From Paragordius varius (lineage: Eukaryota; Animalia; Nematomorpha): 64,000 bases of DNA. The stretch lies in NCBI GenBank assembly GCA_964247055.1, contig OZ176050.1, positions 14,198,001-14,262,000 on the forward strand, in the 5' to 3' direction. The translations under genes and the position numbers were made by a program. The notes beneath the pieces are model-generated. The model saw only the letters and a program-made list of their open reading frames with translations. It was not told the origin of the DNA and ran no database searches. This document shows, piece after piece, positions 13,205 through 26,200 of this stretch; position 1 is the first letter of the stretch, and each line of letters starts with the position of its first letter.

Positions 13205-13477
13205 CATAGATGGAATGTGAGGAAAACAGTTGCCTTGATTCTTCTAATTTTGGTTTTTATTTTGTTCAAAATTTGTTTTATTTGAATGTAACTGCTTTTG
13301 CAATGGGAATTCTTCCTTTTATTTCTGGAGTAAGAATGTTGTCATCGTTTATAATACTGCTCAACAACGCCCAACTATTTTCCGTTTCAATCTGATTACC
13401 GTTGAAGATTATTGAGTCTGTTGTTTGGGCCGGGTTTATTTGTTTTACTTTTGTTGATTTTTAATCCGTTTTTATCG
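13205..13477 (-). pseudogene. RTE-type non-LTR retrotransposon, 3' part of RT region (truncated)
   Basis: Minus-strand translation gives NGLKINKSKT and GNQIETENSWALLSSIINDDNILTPEIKGRIPIAKA, the typical post-YADD region of RTE-clade RTs. It continues the fragment starting at 15051. Confidence 0.75.
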
Positions 13478-13492
13478 CATCCAATTGTAAAC

Positions 13493-15035
13493 AAGTAAAC
13501 AAGTAAAGGGTGTAGCGTCGGAAGATCGTCGGCCACCTGCCGTCAAGGCAATCCCTACCCACCCGTAATGCATTGAGCTTCAGAGCGGGGAAACACATCA
13601 GAGGTTGGGGTTGACGTTAGTATCTACATACATAAATAAATGCCTTCATGTTAGATGTGTTAATGGGAGTTAGTATAATAAGCTATATATATATATTTTA
13701 AAAGAAATGTTAATATCGCCTGGTTAGGTAGGTAAAAGTAATATTTAAGTTTAAATAACCGTACAAACAGGGTTTGATTACTCCAGAAAGTAATGTCAAA
13801 GGTCTATGTCGGGTCAAATGTAGAGTTAATTTTAAGCTCTTATCTTTGGTGTGGAAGGGGGTCTTCTTTTGCTTCTAAATGAGTGTGGCCTTTAAGGTAG
13901 ACCAATTTTGGAGATCTTAGACATTACAAGCGTCAACGTTACCCCTTCGTGCGACCATGTTTCAGTTGTACCTTCAACTGGGACGCTAACCCGGGATAAG
14001 TGGTCGTTGACCTTGTTCTGAGCTAAGTCTCAACTCCGACCAACAGAGATGTCGGAGATTGGTAACCAGCCCTGCTCAAATATCAGCGGCTCCAACATTG
14101 CTTTCCAGGACGTCGTCCCACAATAATTGGCTAATAGTCTGCTCAGAGTCGCGTCTTGCATGCTTTTTACATTCAGTGGTACATTTTGTTCGTGGGATAT
14201 CTGTGGGAAGCAGTCTATATTCTTAACTAACTGTATAGGTGTTTACCATTAACAGATTTTGTTGTAAATATTACATCAATACTAACTGACTTTAACAGAG
14301 CGTTGTAAAATAAAAATTTATACCTTAATTACATCAATACTGACATTAACAAAGCGTTGTATAATAAAATTTATACCTTAATTACATGCTAACTGACATT
14401 AACAGAGCGTTGTGAAATAAAAATTTATACCTTAATTACATCAATACTGACATTAACAAAGCGTTGTTTAATAAAATTTATACCATAATTACATGAATAC
14501 TAACTGACTTTAACAGAGCGTTGTAAAATAAAAATTTATACCTTAATTACATCAATACTGACATTAACAAAGCGTTGTAAAATAAAAATTTATACCTTAA
14601 TTACATCAATATTAACTGACATTAACAGAGCGTTGTAAAATAAAATTTATACCTTATCCAGCAGTGGGAATTAACATTAAAATACTATGGACTTCGCAAA
14701 AGTATCATTCAATCTGGAGCAAAGTATCCGGCTCAAATAAAAGTTGAATATTGGTAATCAGCCCTCAAATATCAGCGGTTCCGATGTCATCGTCATATAG
14801 CAGGGAAGTTTTGCGTTGGTTTACAACGGGATAGGATTAGTAACTCTGGTGCGTTTCCTCGTTGTCAAGAGCTTAAAAGTGATCGATGCTTTCGGAGTAT
14901 AATCGTAATCGCGTTCATTAGCGCAGCTTCAAGAGCTCAGATATCGGGGTCATTAAGGATTTACGGTCATTGTTCGATTCTAGCCTGGAGAGGATGTTGC
15001 GTCAGCCGGTACCGTATACCAAAAAGTCCCCCTCT
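13493..15035 (-). mobile_element. 1.54-kb non-coding retroposon (SINE-like or LINE 3' UTR fragment) inserted in the LINE RT
   Basis: Exact 15-bp direct repeat CATCCAATTGTAAAC at 13478-13492 and 15036-15050. The left end is a short tandem repeat (AAGTAAAC)n, read as a 3' tail on the minus strand. No track ORF inside. Confidence 0.8.
14271..14656. repeat. Minisatellite of about 7 units of 55-59 bp with alternating A/B variants
   Basis: Unit TTAACA(G/A)AGCGTTGTAAAATAAAAATTTATACCTTAATTACATCAATAC(TAAC)TGAC. The cores alternate CAGAGCG, CAAAGCG over 7 consecutive units. Confidence 0.9.
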
Positions 15036-15050
15036 CATCCAATTGTAAAC

Positions 15051-16990
15051 GATTGCAGAGCTTGCGATGTGTGTCGACACTGTCCGCAAATATAACTGTG
15101 TTATCCGTGTAATAAACGGATGTGAGCAAGTTTCCTCCTACGTTGATGCCATAAGTTTCTGGAATGTTTCTTATTTACATTCAAGATAGGCGTTAAAAAG
15201 AATTGGGGAAAAAACGCATCCTTGGGGTAAGCCGTCTTGCACCTTACATGGGTCAGTTATACCGTGAGGTGTAGGTATTACAGCCGTGGAATTTAAATAA
15301 ATTGAGAATATTACGTTGATTAGATGGGTTGATACTCCAAGTTGTTTTAGGGAAGTTCGTAATTTATTGTGTTGGATGGAATCAAATGCTTTGGAAAAAT
15401 TGACAAAGCACATGTGCAGTTATTTGTTAATTACAATATGTTTCTCTAGTATCCACCTGATATTGCCTTTCATAGCTCGGCATCCTCTTTCTCTAAAACC
15501 AGCCTGAATCGTGGATATCTCGGGGTCAAGAATGGTATTTAGTCAAACATGTATTATTTTTAGGAAAACACCTGGTTAAAGAGCGCTATGGTGCGATTGT
15601 CGCAGAGTTCTCGATTATCTTTTTTACAATATGAATCATAACTGATTTACACCAATCATCAAAAAATGTTTCCATATCAAATATATTTTCTAATAATTTT
15701 TTGAATATATCGATTTTAATATATTTTATTAAGCGCTGTATCTGTGTCCCTCTGATTTCCGATACTAGAGTATTTTATAGCATATTTAACTTCTTCTTTC
15801 ATTATAGATGGGTATTTCTCTTGAGTAGGTTCGATGATTATCTGAGGATTATCTACGTAAGGTTTACTTATGTGAGCCAAAGTTTGTGGTTTTGTGTTTT
15901 TCCGTGGATTGAGTTGTTGTCGTTTCTTACAGGTCCCTTGTAGAAAGATTCTTGCGTGGATTATTCTTTGTATGGGCAAAAAAGATTTCGGTTATTTTTG
16001 GCATCTGTTTCTATCTTTTTGCACAGTTGGTCGTAGGTTTTTCTGCGATCTTAAGACTTTTTGCTGATAATTTTATTTTTTATTTAGTATGAGGCTGCAT
16101 AAATTTGTCGGCTGTATCTCTTCGAATTGTGTGTATCGCGTTTCAAAAGGAATTTAAATTGTGATAGTTTTCGGAATTTAGATCACACTCGAAACGATTT
16201 GATAAAGCGGTGCTAAACTTGTCGTCGATTGCGAAATTTAATCTTGTTCTGGTGAGTTTAGATATTTTGGGAAGTTGTAATTTAATGCAAAGGTAAGATC
16301 AATTATGGTCGCTATAGCAACCCGTTTCCGGCAGGCATTTAACATTTTGAAATGAACATATATATTAAACATACCTAATATGAAGTCGATTTGGTTACGA
16401 TATCTCTAACACGGAAAACGCCATGCGTATAAACGTCATTTAGGTTGTTTAAAAAAATGTTTGAGACGAAGAAACCATGGTTAGCACAGAATTCGTCTAT
16501 TTCTTCCGTTTTTTATGCCCAAGCTCATGCCACCCAGGATAGGAAGTGTTTTGTCTTCTCCTATGATGGAATTAAAGTCTCCTAAGATAAATATGATATC
16601 TTTTGATATTTCAAGTCGCCAAGTCGAGATCACTGTAAAATTTTTCACAGACGTCATCGCTGAAAGTGGAGGTAGTGGCGTAAATTTGGAAGAATGGGTT
16701 GAGGGTTTGTTTGTATGCGGATTGCATTCATACGTTCATTAATTGGATTAATGTCAGATAAATTAGCAAGCTTTTTATTCATTATTATACCGACACCGTT
16801 GTATTTTAACGAGTTATGGCTAGAGTAATACATCATGTGATTGTCAAATTCTAAAGTTTCGGTAGAGGGAATGTGTGATCCTGAAATCCCGAGTATGTCA
16901 ATTTTATGCTTGGTTTCGTTTACTGCTAAATCTAATTTATTATTGTAATGAACACCCCGTAGGTTCCACGTCTATACGGAGGCTAAGATT
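15051..16990 (-). pseudogene. Decayed RTE-type LINE: APE endonuclease plus reverse transcriptase
   Basis: Minus-strand motifs TWNLRG (near 16965), YSSHNSLKYNGVGIIMNKK...INERM (ORF 16654..16836), GDFNS, FSKAFDSIQH...PQGCVFSPILFNAYL (ORF 15171..15413) and degenerate YTDN for YADD near 15105. Many stops and frameshifts. The 5' boundary is approximate. Confidence 0.85.
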
Positions 16991-17357
16991 ACGCGATTCG
17001 AATATTTTATGTGCGTAGAATGCGATAATGCGATGAAAGTTGAGAATATGTAAGGAAAATAATATAAATATGTCTAGAATGTTCGGAAAAGGTATAAAAT
17101 CAATGTTTTTGGTAAAAGAGATAGATAAGAGTAGGGTAGGTATACTATACCTTTCCCTCTTGATTAAAAATTGTTATTAAAATTTATATAAATGAGAGAG
17201 GTCATGGTTAACAACCTATTTCGCCATAAAACTTCGTGTATTTTCAACTTCGCTGGATCTTAGGTTTTCTGTGTTTTAATTTCAATAAAGCGGATATCAT
17301 TTATATGACCTATTAAGAGCATTAAATGGGAGAAATCATATCATGTTAAAAATGCTT

Positions 17358-17803
17358 ATCTATATATTTATAAAAATAGAAAGTGGTGGCTTTGTGATCT
17401 GTTTCTGGAAAACCGGTAGACCCATTCAATCCAAACATCGAAAAAATAAAATCATTAATGAATGCCCGACAATAGCTTGGCCCTTTTTTTAAATAGGCCC
17501 CCAGTTCGGGCCCACCCCGTGTGAAAAACAAGTTTTTTTTGAAACACAATTCCACAAAAATCGTGTCTTTGAGAGGAGAACGTGTTGGACCATTCGATTT
17601 CAAATAGGATTTTTGTTTACTTATTTTTGATTGCACCGAACATAGTCGATTCGTTTTTTTTTAATTTAGGCCCTCTTTTTACCCGCTCCCCCCGTAATAT
17701 GCCATTTTTTTCAAAAAAAACAAAATCTACAAATCTATTTTCCCCCAAGTAAACAACATAAGGATTTCCTAGGGCTGCGTAGCGGCACGAGATTTACGCT
17801 AGT
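17358..17803 (-). mobile_element. Helitron-like family, internally deleted copy with both ends
   Basis: Reverse complement of the family 3' end at 17358 (ATCTATATATTTATAAAAATAG) and of the 5' end at 17803 (GCACGAGATTTACGCTAGT). Confidence 0.7.
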
Positions 17804-18935
17804 ATTATGATAAACAAATTCATGGTGCAAGCGATTAAGAGGATTAGGCAATCTCTCCATTTGAAAATGCCTCTATTATCCTAAGCCAATTTGGTGCCGT
17901 CTAAATGCCTCATTTTAAGTATCAATTGCATCATAGAGTATAATTTAAAAAAAAGTGACAAATTTATTTTTAGTTTTGGGCTTCATATATATTATTGGGA
18001 TAAAATTAACTGGTTTCCAAAATAAATGCATAAATACCGCCATTAAAGAGAATAATTTAGAAAAATTGCACACTCTATGTAAAATTTTAATTTCCACCAA
18101 AATTTAGATGAACCGTATTTTTTTGTATATTTGAGCATGGTGAAGCGTTAAACACTATGCACTTTTTCTAGATAAAAATCACGATAAACATATCAATAAC
18201 CTTTTAAACAGAGATCCGTGTCGTTATAACAGTTGATTAAATTTTATAGTGTGTGAGATGACATTTTTGAGTAATTTTTTGCCCCCAAGCTTAAAGTTGT
18301 AAAAAAACAGCTAAAGGTTGTTTTGGTTTAAACTTAAATATCGAAACCCTCTTCCCATGTATTGTATAAATAAAATTTTTTACAGTTTATAGGGTTTTTA
18401 ATTTAGATAGCTACAACATTATTACAATGACAGCTGATATTAAAACAAATAGATCATTAGTATTTTCAATTATAAACAATATGTCTGTCAAGAGGGAGAT
18501 TATAATATTACATATTTTTATTTTTTTATATCATCTACCTAAAAGGTTAAGGAAGACATATTTTTAAAATTAAAAAATATATTTTAAGATTAAAAATTAA
18601 ATGGGCCTGAAATATATCCTAGAAGGGCATGAAGTATATGTTATTTAGGCAATTAGCTTTTTAAAAAATTTATATATGCGCAAATCAGCCATTTCTTTAT
18701 AAATTACCAGAAATTGTTACTTTCTTAAATTAACCAAAAACCAGCAGGATTTATTTATTTCTTCCTTTTGTGCCTTATGTATTATATTTAAACAAATGTA
18801 TTTTTTAACTAATAGAAAATTTATATATGACTAAAGCCCATTATACTACTTATTTGCTGTCAAAATGTATATATGTATATATGCACACATGTGTAACACT
18901 TGATTACCTTTTAAGGTAGTTTTTTTCCTCTAGAG

Positions 18936-21289
18936 CTGAGCTTCTTAAACTATGGGTCGTCGCGAGTGATAAAATTAAAATTTAACAAAAAATGTTTTCT
19001 AACTTTTGAAATCTATATATTTATAAAAATAGAAAATGCGGCTTTGTGATCTGTTTCCAGAAAACCGGTACACTCATTCAAATCCAAATGTCGAAAAAAT
19101 ATATTCAATAATGAATACCCCAACAATATCGCCCTTTTTTAAATTAGGCCCCCAGTTGGGCCCACCCCGTGTAAAAAACGTTTTTTTTGAAAACAAGTTC
19201 ACAAAAATCGTATCTTGAGACAATTTTCTGGAAAACGTGTTGGACCATTCAATTTCAAATATAATTTTTTTACTTATTATCGATTTTGCCGAACATAATC
19301 TGCTCGCTTTTTTAATTTAAGCCCTTTTTTACCCGCTCCCCCCGTAAAATGCCATTTTTTCAAAAAAAATTAAGTCCACAAAAATAATTTTTTGAATCTA
19401 TTTTTAACCCAAGATATGAGACCCTAAAAATTCATGAAGGATTCCAGGTGTTCCCTGTTAAAAAGCAAATATTTTAGTCGAGTGTTTTTTATATTGGCTG
19501 TTGTGTAAGGTGATACTCGCTAAAAACAGTCTCGTCATTTGGAAATAACGTGTCTTTGGGGCTAAATTTCAGAAAACCTATCAGGCTATATAAGTTCAAT
19601 AGGTGCTTAAAATTACCCATAACAAGGCAAAAATTTAGGTCGTACGATTTTTTTAAATTAGCCGTTAATTAGGCCCTTTACGCCTAAAAAATACGCCACT
19701 ATAGAATGTTATTTCTAGGCATTTTTCCCAAAAATAATGAGAGAATATGGAATTCATAATGATTCCAAGTATTCTCTGTAAAAAGGCAAAAATTTCAATC
19801 AAGCGCTGTATTTATAACAGCCTTTGGGTAAGGAGCTAAGCGCAAAACTGCGCCATCATATGGATATTGGGTTGTTAGTTAATTTTCAGATAACTTATCA
19901 GGCTATACAAGTTTCATAAGGGCCTTAAATATTACCCGTAAAAAGGCAAAAATTTAGGTCTAGCGGTTTTTTTAATTAGCCCTTTAGGCCCTTTACGCCC
20001 TAAAAATGCGCTATCATTAAACTGTTAGTTAGTTTTGAAGCCATTCTTCCAAAAACTATTAGGAACATATAGATTCAATTATGATTCCAGGTATTTCCCT
20101 ATAAAGGCAAAAATTTTTAAGGAACGTCTTTTATATTGGCTTCTGGGTAGGGAGTTACCCGCCTACAACTGCGCCACCATATCGATACAGCGTGACTTTG
20201 GAGGCAAATTTTAAAAAACTCATCAGGCCATATGAATTTAATAAGGGATTGAAATATTACCCGTAAAAAGGCAAACATTTAAGTAGGGTTTTATTAAATT
20301 AGCCTTTCATTAGGCCCTTGGCCTAATGCGCCATCATAGAATAACTTTTTGGTTTTGGCATTTCCGAAAATCCCACGAAAGTATATGGAATCAATCATAA
20401 TTCCAGGTATTACCCGAATTAAGGCAAAAATTTTAATTGAGCGTTTTTTGTTTCGCCCATGGTTAAGAGGCTACCCGCGTAAAACTACGTCACCATATCG
20501 ATACAGCTTGCCTTTGGAGCCAAATTTCAGAAAACCTATGAGTCTAATAGGAACATATGGATTCCATGATAATTCCAGATATTCCCCATATAAGGGCAAA
20601 AATTTTAACCAATGCTTCTTTATACCTGCTTTGGGTTAGGAACTACCCGCCAAAAACTGCGCCACTATATATAAATTGCTTTGTTTTGGAGCTATTTTAC
20701 AGAAAATTTATGAAGCCATATGAGCTCATTAAAAGCTTATATTATCCGTAAGGTAAAAAAAATCAGGTGTTTTTTTACTAGCCTTTAATTTGGGGCCTTT
20801 ATGCCCTAAAATAACGCCATCATAATGATAATTTAGTGTTGCGGTATTTTTTCGAATAATTCAAGAGACGATAAAGATGATTCCAAATATTTCCCCTATA
20901 AAGCAAAGAATTTAACGCTTTTTCCATAAGGTCTATGGGTAGGGGTCTACCAGTTTAAAACTGAGACGCCATACAAAAATGGCCTGGTTTTGGTGTTAAA
21001 AAATTAAAAAGCCATACGAGTTCAGTTTAACACGTTTCTGGGGAATTTGTATAAATCATTCTTTCCTTTAAGACCATCGATCATTATAATATCCTGTATA
21101 AATATACTATGAATCAGAAGATGTTATAGAAATTTATAAAAAAATGTAGATTTATTTTTGTCAACTTCTTAAAACCGAAATAATGCCGATAAATATTATC
21201 AACAAATTTTCTAAGAGTTTTTATTGTTGGTGTCGTTAAGAAACTCGCTATAATTGGGGTCGGGAATTACAAAAGTTTAACAAGCCCTG
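18936..21289. mobile_element. Non-autonomous hAT element with a Helitron-like copy inside it
   Basis: Exact 8-bp TSD CTCTAGAG at 18928-18935 and 21290-21297. Ends CTGAGCTTCTTAAAC and GTTTAACAAGCCCTG are imperfect TIRs. Confidence 0.8.
19011..21040 (-). mobile_element. Helitron-like family copy (5' end not seen)
   Basis: Family 3' end at 19011 followed by the internal 160/320-bp array on the minus strand. The right boundary is approximate. Confidence 0.65.
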
Positions 21290-23210
21290 CTCTAGAGTGA
21301 TTTCGATCAGTAAGTTTTGATAATTTTAATAGTAATTAAAATTTACGTTCCGATGTATTAGCGTATATTTCCAAAAAATCTAAGAAATATATTGTACAAA
21401 ATTCGCTTAAATACCATAATTATTTTCAGTATTTTTCAATTAATCTTTAAAAAACTTTCATATTATAAAAAAAAATTATTAAAATTTTAAACATTAATTT
21501 AATCAATTTAGATTTAATATAAATAAATCTTCTTAGAGCACAGACTAGATAAGTCACAATACTATTATAATTTATGAGTTGTATTAAAAAAATCATTCAT
21601 AAATTTATCCCCAAATTTTCCGTCAACACACAGACAATCGAACCCATTCATGATAGAATAATTTAATCATTTACAAAAAATTGAATAATGTCCAAAAAGG
21701 CTGAATAATACACATTAATGGATTAATTTCATTGATATTTTAGGTTATTTTAGATATGACCCTAAGTTTAAATACCTGAAAAATGAGTGTATCTTTTGGA
21801 AATTTAATGTTTAATATCTCATAATATTTATTTAACGGGCGCATTTTCATTAACGTATAAAATATCTTTATAACGGATTAACAAATAAAGACGATTATTT
21901 GTAAAGTTAATAAATACAAAGAGTTCTCCAAAATAAATAAATAATATGACGTTATCTTATTTATTTGCTATTACGTTTCGTTTGAATTACGCCATTTAAA
22001 GCTATCCAAATTCGATAAGGGGTATTTACAATGGTTTTTCTAGATAACATATTGTGTACCATATAAATTATATTTTATTTGTCATTTGTTAAAGCAGTAA
22101 GTAAATATACAAATTTTTAACTAATTGACACATTTCTTTAGAGAAATATCTTACTAAAATATACCAATTTATGACTTGTTGAATCCAGTAATACTTAAAC
22201 CGCGGCCCACAGGCCCCAAGTGATCGTAAAAGTACTTTTTCTTTTTCATGGCCCTGAGGTTCTTATTTAGAGTTTAAGTATAGCTATAAAAATTTTATCG
22301 ATATTATGCTTGAGACAAAGAAAATATTTTTTTTGGCTTTTCGAAAAAAAGTTATGAGTACCACTGGGTATATAACTATAATTAGTTAGCGGGAAATTCT
22401 TATCGAAAAATTTATTTTTAAAATAGTATGTTCATTCTCCTGTTTACATCATAAACATTTAAAGCATATCATATCATTATAGTTTTTACCTGAAATTTTC
22501 ATTTTATTTGCCTCATTATTAACAGTAAATACATGATAAAAATACTTTATTTCTATGAAACATTGTAAATAAAAAAACAACTTATTTTATAAACAAATAA
22601 ATAACAAAAAAATGTTTGAGATATTTTAGTAAAAATAATAAGATTTTTCATAATAAAAAATATATGTATTTTATACCTTTTGTTGATTACCTTTCGCCTT
22701 AGAACAAAAATAATGTGTAATTTTTCTGTAAACAAAGAAGTTACCTGTTTTAACGAGAAAAATAACATAGAAAAATATACCTTTTACATTTTATATATTT
22801 TAATGGCGTATATGAGGGAGAGAGAAACGCCATATTAGTATTTTATTTTACGTATTCTCGTGTACTGTAAAATTAAATAATTTTAGTTATCAAAATTTTC
22901 AAAATTTCTTATCCCTAAAAACGTCTTCAAATATACGATTATAATATATCATAACATATTACTCATACTCCTTCAGTTTATTTCGCATAAAACTATTTTT
23001 TTTAAATAATTCGCGTTAAAATGATTCAAAACATGGATAACTGTGAAAAAATAAAAATACAGATTGGGTTATACGAAGAATTACCAGGGTTCGTTTATCA
23101 CTGACGCCGAGCCCTATATAGTATCATCGACAATCATTAATTCTATCAAATACTACCTAAAAATAAACTAGTCATCTATATATTCTAAAAAAAACGGATC
23201 TATCTAAAAA

Positions 23211-26200
23211 ATGGATAAAACACAACATTTTGGTGGTGGAGGTATGCTCAGAGACCCTAGAAATACGAAATTAAACCCTTCGCCGGAAAAAAAGTTGAGC
23301 CCAGCATTTAAAGCAGCCACTGCATTTGCCCTAATAGCCATGGTTTGTATTGTCATTGCTTTTGCTAGCCCGAATTGGCTTGAACACGATAAACGATTCA
23401 CGCAATATCAACTCAAGAATCTGGGCTTGTGGGAAGTTTGTTTCAAGGGTTTCCGACACCCCTACCAAACCCTAGATAAAGTAACTTTACTTTAAATTCC
23501 AATTATTTTACATACAGGAAAATTGAAATCATACGGACAAAAGGTACAATTTTTTTTCCAAAAGTCAATGAAAATTTTTACTTCTTGATTTTTTATATAT
23601 AACTCATTGTTTGAAATAGTAAAGAGTGTTATTGTCATAGAGATATTACTAACAATCAATTTTATATATTACAATAATAATTAAATAGCTTATATAAGTG
23701 ACATTAAGGTTTGAAAAAGTATGGTTGTCTTTTAAAAAAAATATTTGTCTTTAAATTTTAACATTTTGTCCGTATAATTTTAATTTTTACTGTACTTTCT
23801 TAAAATTAGTTTTTACCAGAGATTTAGCTTAAATATACGATTTAATATATAAAAAAATTATTATTCATAGTTAATTTATTGTTATTAAATATGATTTTTA
23901 GCATGGATCAAAATTATAAAAACAAAAATTTTATAATTTATATATTTAAAAATTTAAAACGAAAATATTTTTTTTTCATTGCTCACCTGTTGCCAGGTCG
24001 GTTCAATGGTCACAAAAGAAATCTATAATCTCTTTTTCTATATATAATTTTAAACCATTAATACAGAGGCGTACCGAGGTGGGGGCAAGGGGTTGCATCA
24101 TGCCCCGGGCGCCGTTATTTAGGGGCGCCTAAATGATTTTTAAAATTAAAATTTAATTATGCAAAAATAATAAGAACTTTCAAATGAGATTTTTCAGCAA
24201 TAAATCCCTATAATATATACTCTATTATTCACCTAATTAGTGCCATTGAATAAATTTAGTATCATATAAATATATATATTTGATAGATTTAAAATTTACA
24301 TGACTGTGCTGTCTTATCTAAGGTCCTTAGGTTACAACGTTTGTATTTTTTTTACTGATTTGTTTTATGGCTTTTTAAAAAAAAAAGGGGGGGGGGGCGC
24401 CATAAAAGTTTTATGCCCCGGGCGCCGCAAATACTTGGTACGCCACTGCATTAATATACTAAATGACAAATATTTTTATACATTTAGTAAAAATCGATTT
24501 TTCAATATTTATTACATGTATAATTTTATTATTAAAGGTATACAGTGGATGTTGGTGGGTATTTTCACGCTACTTTGACGATTTATTGGATTACATTGAA
24601 AAAGGTAACTATACAATTATATAAACCATTTACTCCTCAAATTCACATTTGAACGATTCAAATTTATTCAAAAATAAATTATGTGCTTTTTAAGCTCAAA
24701 AATTACCTGTATTTTTTGATATTTATAAAAAATGAAATTAAAAATTAAAATAATACTGAAAAAATAATAAACTATGCCCATTAATAAATTTATATAAATA
24801 ATGAGTTATATTAGCGAAAAAGACATAATTTATTTTTAGATTGAATTTGAATTGATGAAGGGTGATTTGAATTTAAGGGTGTTAGAATAAAAATGATATA
24901 TTCAAAAAATGCTTAATTTTTTTTAATTTTTTAGAGTATATTAAAAATCCCTTAGGGTTTTATCCCCAAAACATTACACCTTTATTTAATGTTTATTTAC
25001 ATTGTGCATGACTCATTCCTGTATATCATGTAAAATTTTATTGCCTTCAATACATTAACCGTTAGTTATTTAAAAATATTCTTTACACTATAATTTTTTG
25101 CGAATATATTTTTATATACGATCGATACCGCTGATATTTTGGTTAATGTAAGGACTTCTCAATATTTTTGTAAGCTTTCCAACAATAGGGGAGATTTACC
25201 GTTCTCTTCTTTCTAATAATACTTAGAAAAATAAATTAGTTTGAGCATAAATGAACCCTTAAACAATTCCATTTTAATAATTCATTACCTCTTCACTTTT
25301 TTGTCCTAATTTACCATTCATAACACAGAGCTCAATTTAGTAAATAAACTACAATTTTAAAAGTTAATTATCAAACATTGTTCTCATTATTAGATTAAAA
25401 TGCTTATATTTTTTCAAAATTTGTGAGTTCCAGAATCTAAAATTGGGGGAGCTCCAAAACACGATTAAAACAAACAGATGATATTAACACCAAAATATAT
25501 AAATTTTTGCTAATAAAATGTAGCCTGAAAGCTTTTTTAAGTTAATTCTTTACATTTTCTAATTCTAAAATTTATTTATTTGCCTGTTGCATTAGCGATT
25601 TAAAAAAAATATAGAAAAAAATGGCGGCGAAAAAGTTTGAGAAATTTTTTTTACAATTTCCCATTAAAAAATTGTGTAATGCACCGCAAAGACTAAAGAA
25701 AGCATATGTTTAATTTTGGCTACCCTAAATACTTTTTAAGATATTCATATTCTTCTAAATTGATCTTAAACTACCTCGCAAAAAAGGTAATGTAGTGTTA
25801 AATCAAATTTATACTGTTATAACTATTTTCGTTATGCTAAATAAAAAAATCATACATGAATTACTTGAACGATATTATATATTTTCTTTTTCCTTAGGAT
25901 TTTTTATCACGGTTCAAGTTTTCATGAGCTTGGGATTCCTCCTGTTTTTCATAGCAATGGCTATGCTTATTCCGGTTTTCTTGCGACTTTTTGACATTGA
26001 TACCGAGATTAGCGTAACGTTCGTTATGGCCGGGACTATGCTCTTATCATGTAAGTCTTAATTTATTTAAAAATATATAGTAACTGAAATTATACGGGAA
26101 ATAAGTAAAATAATAAAGACAAATATTTGAAAATACAACCATTTTTTTAATTTAACACATTGTTTAAAATGGTAAAGTGTGTGAAATAGAGATATATATT

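Noticed and set aside
14271-14656. Regularly spaced repeats that could be mistaken for a CRISPR array
   Set aside because: The units are contiguous with no unique spacers, there are no cas genes, and the context is eukaryotic. It is a minisatellite.
14900-15035. tRNA B-box-like GTTCGATTC near 14972, and possible HDV-like or hammerhead-like pairing at the retroposon 5' end
   Set aside because: The B-box is on the strand opposite the inferred transcript and gives no cloverleaf. The pairings (TACGGT/ACCGTA, GAGAGG/CCTCTC) lack the HDV L3 and catalytic motifs, and CTGACGC/GAAC does not fit the hammerhead core.
22802-22832. Hairpin ATGGCGT...ACGCCAT upstream of the claudin start
   Set aside because: A single 7-bp stem with no other support; expected by chance.
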